A stretch of 64,000 nt of DNA, taken from Callorhinchus milii (taxonomy: Eukaryota). Made by a program: the position numbers and the translations under genes. The stretch is taken from NCBI RefSeq assembly GCF_018977255.1, contig NW_024704742.1, positions 67,334,001-67,398,000 on the forward strand, read 5' to 3'. The notes under the pieces were generated by a model. The model was not told the origin of the DNA. It saw nothing but the letters and a program-made list of their open reading frames with translations, and did not search any database. The stretch's first letter is position 1. Each line of letters begins with the position of its first letter. Positions 51,351-63,478 of the stretch are shown one piece after another.

Positions 51351-53434
51351 TTGTGTTAAAATTGTTACTTTTGTATTTTAATTAACAGAGGATTGGTTTG
51401 GAGGGCAGGGTGTTTTTTCTCTCCTTTCTCCTTCGAAACATCTCAAAGCGCTTCACAGGGCTCACCCACTGCAAGCCCCACCCCTCTCCCCCACACTCCC
51501 CTTCACCTCCTCCATCCTGAGGAGCTCAGATAATTAGATAATTTCATCAGATAACGTTTAAAGATTGCACAGAATTGTGGAAAATTCTTGAATTCATTCT
51601 TACTTCAGAGGATGTTAAGTGAATGTAGCTGAACGCAGCCGCCAATGTGCATACAGCAATGCCCTAGAAACAGCATTGAAGTGAATGACCAATTTTATAA
51701 TAATAATAATCCTTACATTTGATATAATGCCTTTTCACATCATTGAGAGGTCTCAAAGCTTCACAGAATATATTGTAAAGGTATTATTAACATATTTTAT
51801 TATTATATTATTAATATATTGTAAAGTTATTATTATTATCTGGAGGGTTGTTGGCCAGAACATTATAAACAAATGCCCTTCTCTTTTTGAATAGTGCCAC
51901 GGGATCTTGAACATCCGCCTGAACAAATAGACAGGACCTCGGTTCATCGTCTCATTCAAAGAACGGCACCTCCAGCAATGCGGAGATCTCACATTACTGC
52001 TCTGGACCTTGGCTACAGGCTCAAAGCCCCAACATAGGACTCAAACCTGTGACCTTCTAACCCAGAGGTCCAAGTGCTACCAACTAAGCCAGATTCACTC
52101 CCTGTCAGATCTTACATGTTATTCACATGAGAGCCTTGACAGTGCAGAGTCTTGACACACAGGCATCCATGTCTACCCTGACTTGACTGTCAAAATTCTG
52201 CTTGGACATCAATATCAATTTCAACTTCCAGACTGCGGTCAAAGGAGGCTACTCCTGCCGGCAGGATATAGGCTCCCCAGCAGAGCTTCCAATCTACAAT
52301 TTACAAATCCTTTTGCAAATCATCGGCCAATATCTCTCTGTATATCCATCCCCATTAGTAAACCTGACCGACTGTTTCCCACAGATTTTGTTACCAAAGA
52401 CTCTAACAGAACCCTTGTGTTTTACAGAATATCCAGTCACACTTAACGTTTGTTAATTTCATAGTACATCATTAATGCCTTTCACCATTTTAAAATCTTC
52501 GATGAAAGCAAGTTCACCTCTTAATAACATAACTCTGCAAGCCAACACCCTAACAGGCAGGGTGGGTATGCAGCGGGAGGCTTGCCAGGCAGTGTTTGCA
52601 ATGTCAAACGATCTGGTTGATTAAACATTAGAAATATGTCCCAATGCATACTCTGGGGTTCCCCAATCCATTGACACTTGCCATCTTGCACTTAAACTCT
52701 CCAGGATTAGGTAACCAAGGTGCTTTCCTCTGGAGAGAGGGTTGCTGGAAGGTGTTACCTGGAGTCCAAGTTCATAAACAGATGTCTGTACATCCAGCGC
52801 CTGGAATTCACTAATTGGAGATGCGGAACTGCTTAACGTCCGCATCTCCAATTAATGAAACCATCGTTCAGTGGAAAGGGATGTGTGTCCAAGCTGTGCG
52901 CAGGAAGATGCTGGCAATGCTCTCAAGCATTCATGCTGAGCTGTACTGCCCACCAGAAAAATAGCAGGCTGTTCCTGGTACCTACCGTCCACCTAATCAG
53001 TTATCAAATGACCAACTAGTGACTATCCTACTTGGAAAGGTAATAAGTAGGGTTTCCTTGGTGCTGAACTGGCTCCAAGGTGACATGCTTGGTAACGAAA
53101 TGTCAGAATCAAGCCAACCCTCTGCGGTGGTCTTGCTAATCCAGTTCCTGAGATAACCGGGTCCGCAGTATTATGGGCACTGCTGATGACAGCACAGCCA
53201 GCCTGGCTCATCAGCAGATCCTGGAAAGGCAGACCAGTCACTGGGGGAAGGGAGTCTTCCCATTCAGCAACCATTAACCTTGCAAGCCAAAGTCCTAATG
53301 GCTAGGATGGTCTTAGCTGGACAAGCATTCGGAAAGCTTGCCAGACAGTGTTTTCAGTGCCAAGTTGGATTCCAGAAGCACACCAATACACACTCTAGAT
53401 TCTTGTCAAACTGCATTTAATACTCTCCAGTATA

Positions 53435-54420
53435 CTTGATCTCTCTCTTGCCTTCGATAACCGTTGACTACTCCATCCTCCTCCACTGCCTCTCCTCTCA
53501 CCTCAACCTTCATGGTTCTGTCCTTGAATGGTTCAGATCCTACCTCTCACACCGTCTCCACTTTGCCTCCACAAATGGCTTCTCCTCCAGGCCAAGCATA
53601 ATATCGTGTGGCATTCCTCAGGGCTCTGTCCTTGGTCCTCTCCTCTTGAACTTGTACATGCTCCTCTCTACCTCTCTGACCTGCTTACCTCCTACACATA
53701 ACCCGCTGCCTTTACTCGACCGGCTCCGGCCTTCTGCATGTCCATCATGCCCTCCGTTCCACCATTGGTGACCGTGCTTTTAGCTACAACGCCCCAAAAC
53801 TCTGGAACATTCTTCCTCTATGCCTCTGCCTTTCCACTTCCTTTCCCATCTTTAGAATGCGACTGAAGACCTTCCTATTCGACCATGCCAGCGGTCACCT
53901 CCCATTCCCCCCGGGGTCGTGCTCCACTACTGTCAAGTGGTCTGGCACGCTGCTCTGAGTGAGGGTTGCTATATAAATGCAAGTTGTTCTTGTTGTTGCT
54001 CCCTCTTAGTGACATCACCCGCAGACATGGGGTCAAATTCCACATGCATTCGGATGACACCGATCTCTATTTCTCTGCCTCCACGCTCGACTCCAGAATC
54101 ACTGCTGTCCTAACAGGATGTCTGTCAGACATCAAGTCCTAACTGAGAGCTAACTTTCTACAGTTGAATGTCAACAAGATCGAGGCTCTCCTGATTGGCT
54201 CCCGTCAGTGCCTCCTCACCTCAGACACTGTCAGCATCACCATCCACGGTTGCACACTCAACCTTACTAAGTCAGCCCAGAACTTTGGGGTCTTGTTTGA
54301 CCCTCAACTATCCTTTCTACCCAACATTTGTGCCATGACCCACTCTGCCTTCCCCACCTCCGCAACATCGGCTGGCTCCGCCACTGTCTCACACCGTAGG
54401 CAGCCAAAACCCTCATCCAT
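53435..54420 (+). mobile_element. L2 fragment with a nested L2 3' end (about 53665-53998)
   Basis: GIPQGSVLGPLLLNLYML is interrupted and resumes ctccctcttagtgacatcacccgcagacatgggg. Confidence 0.8.
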
Positions 54421-55147
54421 TTGACAAGGTTCCACATAATAATCCTTGCACATGTGAGACTTTTAAAGATTAAGGGTTACAGCTTGGGAGTGCGATCCCC
54501 GGGGCTCATTCGGAATCCAAAAATTTGAGAATTTTGATACCCCAAATCCCAGGATCCCGAATCTTACCTCGTCCAGGACGCCCATGGTCATTCTCCACAG
54601 AGTCAGGAGGTTTAAACGCCCGCTCCAACCAGATCGTCCTCATGATAATATGTGGCCAAGATCCGTCCTCCGCATCCACCCAGACTTAGCCTTTATATAT
54701 TCCCCAAATCCCGGGATTCTCCTCAATGAATCCCAGGTTTTGGGAGCACCATTATCACATAGGATCCCAGGATCCCATATTAAATGTAATTTATCCAATT
54801 GGATTAAAAAAACATTATAGTAGCAGGACCTCCTGTAGAATGTACATGTCGTCACAATCAGGGTTCAATATTGATGTTTGAACTCTTGTATTTGAGACTG
54901 CTGCAAGCTCATTCTGTATTTATATCAGTAGGAGGTTATGTTTCTCACTGCGATCAGTCCCGCTTAATCTCCATCAGTTGTTATGAGCTTCGCCTCACAA
55001 CAAACACACCATTTTAGATATCCATGTAGCCTCACAATTATCTAATTACAAAGGCCGACACGGGGACTGCAAGCCTTGGCGCATACGGCTCAGTTCTCTT
55101 TTTTCTTTAGACAACACTGCAACATTTTATAACTGAAAGTATCGTAC

Positions 55148-55237
55148 CCCATTGCTTCCCTGCAGAGTCCTCACTGGTACGTTCTCCATCAAATCCTTCA
55201 GGTAGTATTCCGCTCTCCCTTCCTGTGCTTGAATCAT
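55148..55237 (-). CDS. FGFRL1: FGFRL1 internal exon, acidic linker between Ig1 and Ig2 (90 nt, phase 1-1)
   Basis: Not in the ORF track. Minus strand reads ttccag|AT GAT TCA AGC...AAG CAA TGG G|gtacga = (D)DSSTGRESGILPEGFDGERTSEDSAGKQW(V), matching the DD..S...ED.A.QQW linker exon of vertebrate FGFRL1 and joining in frame to the Ig2 exon. Confidence 0.9.
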
Positions 55238-55324
55238 CTGGAACGATATGAAGCAATGGCCCACATTAGTGGAAAAAGACTCTCTTTTTCTTCTGGAGAC
55301 ATATTAGTTTTGCATAGACATGTT

Positions 55325-55850
55325 TAGGTTCTTAGTCGATTGGTGAATCGCTTTTCAGGGGTAGTAATCCCTCCAAAAAAAATTATAATAATTAGGTCAC
55401 TCAATCCACCACTGTGCATAATTTGCTGCTGAATTTTGCCCACAAAATGTACAGTCAATTCACTTTAATAATCCTTGCATAATCCTTGCATTTGATATAG
55501 CGCTTTTCACATCGGGAGGACGTCCCAAAGCGCTTCACAGAACACACTGTAAAGTGAATTGACTGTATATTTGTGGGCGAACGCGCAGCCAATTGCGCAC
55601 AGCAATGTTCCACAAAAAGTCATAGATTGAAAATGACCAATTTATTATTGTTTTTGTTTTTGGAGGGATTATTATTAGGCTCTGTGTGGAGTAAGGAAAC
55701 TTGCCCAAGGTTTCGCCCTGCCTGGAATTGAACTCAGGTCTCTCGCTTGCAAACCGAGTGCTCTAACCACTGAGCTACAGGACTCCACTTTACAGTATAT
55801 TCTGTGAAGGACATTGAGACATTTCAATGACATGATAAGGTGCTATATCA
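55325..55850 (+). mobile_element. SINE family B (5'-truncated) hosting an antisense family B copy at 55468-55785 that retains both head and tail
   Basis: 7-bp TSD cacttta at 55461-55467 and 55786-55792. Confidence 0.85.
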
Positions 55851-56602
55851 GATTTTAGGTGAATTTCTTTTCACACAGGCTGGACAGAGTGAGTGGGAGC
55901 CCCCCCACCCCCCACAGATGATGACACCCTCAGCCTAGCACTGAGTGGGGTTTCCCCTGCCTGGCGTCCCCCACAGTGTGAGATGAACTGACACTATGTC
56001 ACTGTGTACACTTTCCTGAGCAGTATTTTATACTCACCATGTGATGATCCTTGCATTTGATATAGCGCCTTATCATGTCATTGAGACGTTTCAAAGCGCT
56101 TCACAGAATATACTGTAAAGTGAATTGACTGTATATTTTGTTGGCGAAACACAGCAGCCAATTGCTCATTGGAGCAGAGAGGTCATAAGAGGAGCGAAAG
56201 AAGAGTTTAGGAGAATTTCTTTTCACACAGAGTTTTCTTGAGATGAGTAATGCAACTAAGGTGGTATAGGCAGAGTCCATTGTGGGTTTCAAGACGAAAG
56301 TCATCAGATATGTGAAGGATAGAGGCTTGAAGGAGTTTGGGCATAGGATAGGGCAGTGGGATTGAACGAACAGCTTGCTCTAAGAGATTATGCAGACTTG
56401 ATGGGCCGAATGGCTTCCTTCTGCTCTGTAAATTTCTATGATAGTCTGTGCCAGTACGTATGCTCCACACAAGCCTCCATCCCTCTTCATCCCCTCTCCT
56501 ATACTCTTCAATTCCTGTCTCTTTCATGTATGCATAGAAGTTATTTTAAAAACAGCAAAGTCTCGTTCTTGTCCTGATTTGACTCAGTTTGAAGTACTAT
56601 TG

Positions 56603-56962
56603 AGGAGTCCTGCAGCATAGACCTGCAGCCTTGCAAGCGAGAAGACCTGGATTCGATTCCCAGGGGGATGAAACCTTAGGCAAGTTTTTTTACACCACAA
56701 CCCTCTGTTTAAGTAGTACGTAGTAACCCAGTTGTTAGTCGATTGGCGGATCGCTTTCTGGCAGTAATAATCCATCCCCCTAAAATAATTCGGCCACTCA
56801 ATCCACAACTGTTTGTGCGACACTGTTGTGCGCAATTGGCTGTCGCGTTTCGACCATAAAATATGCAGTCAATTCACTTTACAGTATATTCTGTGAAGCA
56901 ATTTGAGATGTCTCAATGACGTGATAAGGTGCTATATCAAATGCAAGAATTATTATTATTAT
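56603..56962 (+). mobile_element. SINE family B, full length
   Basis: ggagtcctgcag...ccttgcaagcgagaagacctggattcgattccc...(ATT)n. Confidence 0.85.
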
Positions 56963-57099
56963 TGTAGCCTTGGTGTCAGGAGGTTGTGGGTTCTGAGCCC
57001 CGATCCAGTAATTGAGCTCCTAGTCTGGATTGACACTCCAGTTCCAGACTGGCATTCCCATTGACCAGCAGGAATTTGGTCTGGAAGGAGGTCAGCATG

Positions 57100-58092
57100 C
57101 TAATAATTATAATCCTTGCATTTGATATAATGCTTTTCACGTCTTCTAGACATCTCAAAGCACTTCAGAGAATATACTGTTAAGTGAATTGATTTGTTTG
57201 ACCCTCAACTGTCCTGTCTCCCCCATATCTGCCACATCTGCAACATTGCCCGACTCCACCAATGCCTGATTCCTCACACCGCCGAAACCCTCATACACGC
57301 ATTCATCACCTCAAGGTTCGACTGTGGAAACTCCCTCCTTCTCGACTTCCCCAACTCTTCCCTCCACAAGCTGCAGATCATCCAGAACTCTGCAGCTTGT
57401 CTCCTCTCCCGCACCAGGCTCTGTGACCCCATCACCCTCACCCTCGCCCAACTCCACTGGCTCCCCATCCCTTAGAGGATAGAATTCAAAATCCTCGTCT
57501 TCACTTTCAAGGCCCTCCATGGTCTTGCCCCATCCTACATCTCTGACTTGCTGAAACCCTATCAACCTGTCTGCTCCCTCCGCTCAGCAGGCTCCAGCCT
57601 GCTCCATGTCTCCCGCCCGACCCACCCTACCATCAGCGGCTGGGCTTTCAACCTCTCTGCCCCCACTCTTTGGACCTCCATCCACAATCCCTCTCTTGCT
57701 TCCTTCAAGGCATGATTCAAGACCCTACTTTTTGGCCGTGCCTTCAGCCACATTCCTACCCCTTAAGTCCTCCCTCATCCCAACCCTGTCACCCCCACGC
57801 TCGAGTTCTGATCCCTGACTGTTCATCGCCTCCTAACGTGAAAGGTACTTTACAAAAGTAATTTTGTTGATGTTGTATTTGTGGGCAAAACCCGGCAGCC
57901 AATTGTGCACAGCAGTGTCCCACAAACAGTCGTGGATTGAGAGACCAAATTATTATTTTTTTTCTTGAGGGATTATTATCAGGCATGTGCAGTAAGGAAA
58001 CTTGCCCAAGATTATGACCTGCCAGGAATGGAATCCAGGTCTCTCGCTTGTAAGGCGAGTGCTCTAACCACTCAGTGAGTTACAGGACTCCC
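57100..58092. mobile_element. SINE family B (minus) split by an L2 3' fragment (plus, about 57193-57875)
   Basis: SINE breaks after aagtgaattga and resumes tatttgtgggcaaaac; insert reads ETLIHAFITSRFDCGNSLL. Confidence 0.85.
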
Positions 58093-60088
58093 ATTAAGTG
58101 ATGTACTTAACGTACTTCCAATCTTCGGAATCAGATGCACATGTGTGACTCTGAATCCTTATCACAGTCACATTAAGAGATCCTGCAAATTAGATACCAC
58201 GAGCACTACCAACACCCCCCACCCCCCCACCCGAGCCCTTCCCCCTTCACCCTAAGTTATTCGGAAAGCAAACCTGAAAGAAACAACTTGCTGACAAAGA
58301 CGTTTGAAAAACAACTTGATCCCCTCTTGTTTCGCCCTTCGTTACCTCCGAGCACAGCACAGGCCACTGGATTCTCAATACAACACAACTTGATTTGCAG
58401 CCAATGCTTTGATGTCCTGTGAATTGACCTCGCTGCTCGCTTTGATCTTCTCCAAGAGATGCAACTTTGCTCACATTTCACTCGCGATCCAACCTCCCAT
58501 TCCACCCCCCCACCCCACTGATGAGATTGAATACAGCCATGATCTCAGCCCTTATTTACACAGGCCTCCAAGAAACTGAACAGATCATTGAGAGGTGATT
58601 AGCGCTTGATTTGATTAGGCCTGACATGATTTTGATACCCATTAAAAAACGTTATTTAATAACTGAAATGACCCATATCATGACAAAACACCGCAAACTT
58701 TTCTTTAATATTGAAATGCAGGGCCAGCCTCTTGCTCTGACTTCGCAAGGTCAGATTTGAACTGTTTGAAGTCAGGGAGCCTTGAAAGAACCCATTTCGC
58801 AGATGATCCAGCTTTGCATAAATAAACACGGGGACCTCTGAACCCTGACTGGAGACCTGAGCGCACTTCAAAGCCACGGATGAAACGATCAACATGCATC
58901 ATTAAAGCCAGCTCTGGCTCAGCAATCCTGACAAGCGAAGGTTGCTGCGTAAAAAGGGGAGGAAGGAGGAAGAACTGAGAGAAACGGTGTAATCAAGTCA
59001 GGCTTGAACAATCAGTCCGAGGTGCTTTGTGCTCTTTAACAACAACTGAATCAAGTCCTGCTAGACATCAGGCTTAGTGCAGCAATTATTTCTGACAGGT
59101 ATAGACAAGGGAAAAGCACCCAAGAAGGGAGGCAGTGTCTATTCATTTGGGGGATAATGGGCAACTGAGCAGCATTGAGTTTCTTCAGCTCCCCTTGTTA
59201 GGGCTTTAGCTTGACTGGTTCTGTTCCAATGAGGTTGCCTTGACTGCTGAAGACCTGCCTGATGTGTCTCCTTGGAGCATGTTCTTAAGCACTCCAAGAC
59301 GCTACCTCGCGTGAAGAGCGCTATATGAATGCAAGTTGTTGTTGTTCAGCTTAAACCTAATCCAACCCAACCACCTAAAGGAGACATTTTATTCACCTCA
59401 TATGGATGAACACTGAAGAGCTACAGTTGCTTTGGTTTCAGACCACTCTAACCCTGATGTCAATATCAGTCATGGAGAAAACATCTGTATGGCAGAATGA
59501 TATGGACATTTCACCCCATTTGAAGATTGAGAGGTTTCTAGGGTCAATGAGATTCTAGGGCAAAATGAATGAATCCAGCTTTGTTGTGACTGACTCTTTG
59601 GATGCCAGCTTTCCCTTGGGCTGTGTCCTCACAGGAGTCTGAACCAGACTCCAGGACTTAGACTCCAGAATCCAGACTCCAGAACTCTAGGAATCCAGAC
59701 TCCTGATTTTCAAACTCCTGAATAGCAGACTCCACGTTCAAGTGGAATTCCAGGAACAGCTTAAAAGTGTTTTGGGGATAAACCAGTTGGGCTGAGCAGT
59801 CTGTTTCCGTGACGCATCATTCTGTGTGATTATATAACTCTGCATCTTTGTTTCTGCTTCAAAACAGGCAGACCAGCTTGGTTTGGCATCGCTTCTGAAT
59901 TACAGCACCTCTGGCAATGTGGTGCTCCCCCAGCACTGCACTGGAGTGTCAGCCTGGACTATGTGAGTTCAAAGTTCTGACATATGGTTTGGACCCACAA
60001 CCTTCGAACCCAGAAGTGAGAGTGCTACTGAGTGCACAAGATTGAGGTCTTGAGACGCAGCTACCTAAATGGAATCCAGTCTTGGCAC

Positions 60089-60398
60089 GGAGTCCCGTAG
60101 CATAATGGTTAACCCGCTTGCCTCACCTGGGTTCGATTCCGGGGCGGGGCGAAACCTTAGCCAAGTTTTCTTACTCCACATGCCGGGTTGCTTTCCGGGA
60201 GTAATAATCCATCCAGGAAATAAAATTGATAATTCAATCCATGACTGTTTGTGGGACACTGCTGTGCATAATTGGCTGCCGTGTTTCGTTCACAAAATAT
60301 ATAGTTAATTCACTTTACAGTATATTCTGTGAAGCGCTTGAGATGTCTCGAAGATGTGATAAGGCGCTATATCAAATGCAAGGATTATCATATTATAA
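60089..60398 (+). mobile_element. SINE family B
   Basis: ggagtcccgtagc...gggttcgattcc...ccttagccaagttttcttactccaca...tail. Confidence 0.85.
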
Positions 60399-60954
60399 TT
60401 GTCTATATAATCTGTTCTCAATAATAGTGCGTGCCTCGGAGCCGAGTGGACCGAAAAGTGCTGAGTCCATGTTTTTGCAGCATCTGTGGGAAATTACTGT
60501 GTAAGTTTGAAATAGATTTCTTTCCAAACAATCGCACGGTCCTGGGCTATTTAATTCAGCCAATTCTGTAATGTGGTACAAGAATTATCTGGGCTTGTTT
60601 TAACTCGGCCGATTAAGATTCACAACAATGATACCAGGCTTTCAGAGGCTTAAAGTGTTTTTATCGTGATCGCATCTGTAGGAGCAGCTCAATCTTTCCA
60701 AGTGCTACAAATCATTGTCTAAACGTCCTGAAACCCTGGGATTCTTTTTGATTGTTAAAAACCTACAGCCGGTGACTATGCTTTGAACCTCTGGGCCCCC
60801 CTATAAAGGGCATGCTGCTTGGCTTGATGTCAGCTCACCATTGTTTGATTTATCTCAGCATTTCTACCTTTCCTTTAGAAACTCATTGGTGTCCAGCCTA
60901 GAATTGCTGGACAATTGGCAACCGTGAGTCATCCAGCCATGTACAGAGGAAAGA

Positions 60955-63478
60955 GTTCAAAGACCTCATCCTTGCTTTCAAATGGCTCCAGGGCTTTGCT
61001 GCTCCATACCTTTGTGACCTGCTAACTCCATATCGACCTGCCTGCTCCCTCTACTCAGAATGCTCCGGCATGCTCCATATGCCTTGACCAGCCGCCCCAC
61101 CATTGGTGGTCGGGCCTTCAGCCTTTGTGCCTTTGGAACTCCATCATCTCGTTCCCTCCCTTGCCTCCTTCAAGGTCCATCTCAAGACCCTCTTCTTCGA
61201 CTGTGCCTTCGCTCACTCTCCTCAATCCAGCTCTCCCTGCCCTTCACTCCTCCTGACCTTAACCTCCAGCTCAGGTGCAAATCCTTGCCTTGTCCAGTGC
61301 CTTGGATCATCCTCCTGATGTGAAAAGCATTATACAAATATAAGTTGTTGTTGTTGTTCAGCCATAAAGCCCTTTCTCCTCCCCACCACCAACTCCAAGA
61401 GGGTGAAAGTGTGCTAATGTCAGATAAGAACAGCCTCCAGTGTCAATGCAAGCTCTTCCACAGTCACGTGGCCAACCAGCCAACCAGAGTCTTTATGGTT
61501 TCACTTATGAAGAAAGGTCCTTCCTTTGTCAAGGCCCCTAACATGAGGACCTGGATTCAGCGACTGTTGTTGAGTTGACCTCTGGAAGATCGATGTGGCT
61601 GGCACATCCCAAGTTATAATAATAATAATAATAATTCTTGCATTTTCTGCAGTGCCTTATCACATCGTTGAGACATCTCAAAGCACTTCATAGGATACAC
61701 TGTAAAGTGCTGTGAATGTGTATATTTTGTGGGCCAATGTGGCAACCATTTTGCATATAGCAATATCCCACAAAGGAGTGAGTGACCAATTTTATCTGTG
61801 GGTTTGTTGGCCAAGTCACAGGGAGAAACTCCTTTCTCCTTCTAAATAAGGATAGAAATGTTAAAAATTGACAGCACAGAAGAAGGCCATTCAGCCCATT
61901 GGATCATAAAGTGGCACCAAGCAGCAAAGGCCTTAAAATCCGCAAGGTCTTCGTCTAAGGAGCATTTTGTCTTACAATTCAAGATCGTGCAAAAAATTGG
62001 AGAATTCTTACATGTTTTGAAAACATTTTAAATTCAGTCTTATTTTGATAAACTAATTTAGCTTTTAAAAAAAGGATCTGAATTAAAACTGAATATAAAA
62101 TGTTTCCAAAAATGCTGCACAACAATAAACCTCAAGTCAATGGTCTTAAGGCCAGGACCAGGAGAATTTCAGACCTCAGAAGACTATTAGTATTTAAATG
62201 AATCAGAGTTGTCTAGGACTCTACCTCTTTTGCCTGATTGTTAGCTTTGTGTCAGCCTGCCTCAGCCTCTAAGTCTGAAGGTTGTGGGTTCAAGCCCCAC
62301 ATTGGGACATGCAACCCATATGCAGTAGTTTGTGCTGACACTCTGATGCAGTGCTGGGAGTGTGCTGAATTGTCGGAGATACTGTCCTTTGGATGATAAG
62401 TTAAACCAAAGTCCTGTCTGGCTGTTAAAGATGTTAAAGTTCCCATTGCACTAATCAAAAAGAAGGAGTTTCTCCCAGTGTCCTGGCCAACAAATAAAAT
62501 TTGTTGCTCACTCCATCACTGTTTCTGGGACATTATTCTGCCAAAATGGCCTTGTTTGCTCACAAAAGCACGCAGTTACACCACTTTGTATTATATCTCA
62601 TAAGTGCTTTGAAACATCTCGATTATGTGATAATCAAACGCATATATCTATTAAAATTATTATTTTTATTTCTCGAGCAACTGAAAAAGCAATCCAGAAA
62701 GGAGAAATCCTTCCAGAGATTTTCTCAGAGGGCATGGAGCATCCAGTCTAGAGCACTTGGTAGAACTCCTTTCACATGAGGAGGATGTCCCAAAGGGCTT
62801 CACAGGATATACTGTGAAGTGTAGTTCCCATGTAGTTTGTAGGCGAATACTAAAGTCAATTTGCTCACAACAATGTCCCATAAACAGCCATGAAGTGAAT
62901 GACCGATTTTATTTGCTGGGTGGGGAGAAAATCTTAGGCAAGTTTCCTTACTTCACACGCCTCTGTTTACCGAGCAGTAAATAGGAATCCGGTTGTTAGT
63001 TGATTGACGGATCATGTTTCCAGTGGTAATAATCCCTCCCCACCAAAAAAATGTGGTCACTCAATCCACACACAAACAATTGGCTGCCGTGTTTCACCCA
63101 TAAAATATACAGTCAATTCACTTTCCAGTATATTCTGTAAAGTGCTTTGAGATGTTTCAACCATGTGATAAGGCACTATATCAAATGCGAGGATTACTAT
63201 TATAATTTTATTTGGGGGATTTGGTGGCCAGGACACCTTTCTCTTTTCAAATAGTGCCATGGTATCTTTTACGTCCACCTGAACAGGCAGTCGGGGCCTT
63301 GGTTTAAAGTTTCATCTGAAGCACAGCACCTCCGACAAAGCAGGGCATCCCATCAGCACTGCATTGGCATGTCAGTCTGCCCGAGACAATGTGAGTTCCA
63401 AGTCCCGACGTGGGAGCTTGAACCTACAAGCTCCTGGCTCGGAGGCGAGAGTGCTACCGACCGAGCCAGGCTGACAGC
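60955..63478. mobile_element. Cluster: L2 3' end (60955-61358 plus), SINE A (61614-61845 minus, 62250-62660 plus, 63205-63478 minus), SINE B (62925-63210 plus)
   Basis: Family motifs as above. Confidence 0.72.

Noticed and set aside
30197..55237. A canonical FGFR1-4 kinase receptor
   Set aside because: The frame stops after a short His-rich tail with no kinase exons, which is diagnostic of FGFRL1.
56603..56680. tRNA genes at SINE heads (also 17330, 55715, 60089)
   Set aside because: A and B boxes are present but run straight into SINE bodies and the cloverleaf is degenerate.
23424..58530. Other CTGATGA occurrences (about 23425, 27438, 33207, 42414, 49109, 53183, 58517) as hammerheads
   Set aside because: I could not find a helix II with GAAA and a closing helix I at the right spacing.
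61925..62155. MITE bounded by ggccttaa...ttaaggcc
   Set aside because: The inverted match is only about 8-9 bp and I found no second copy in the window.
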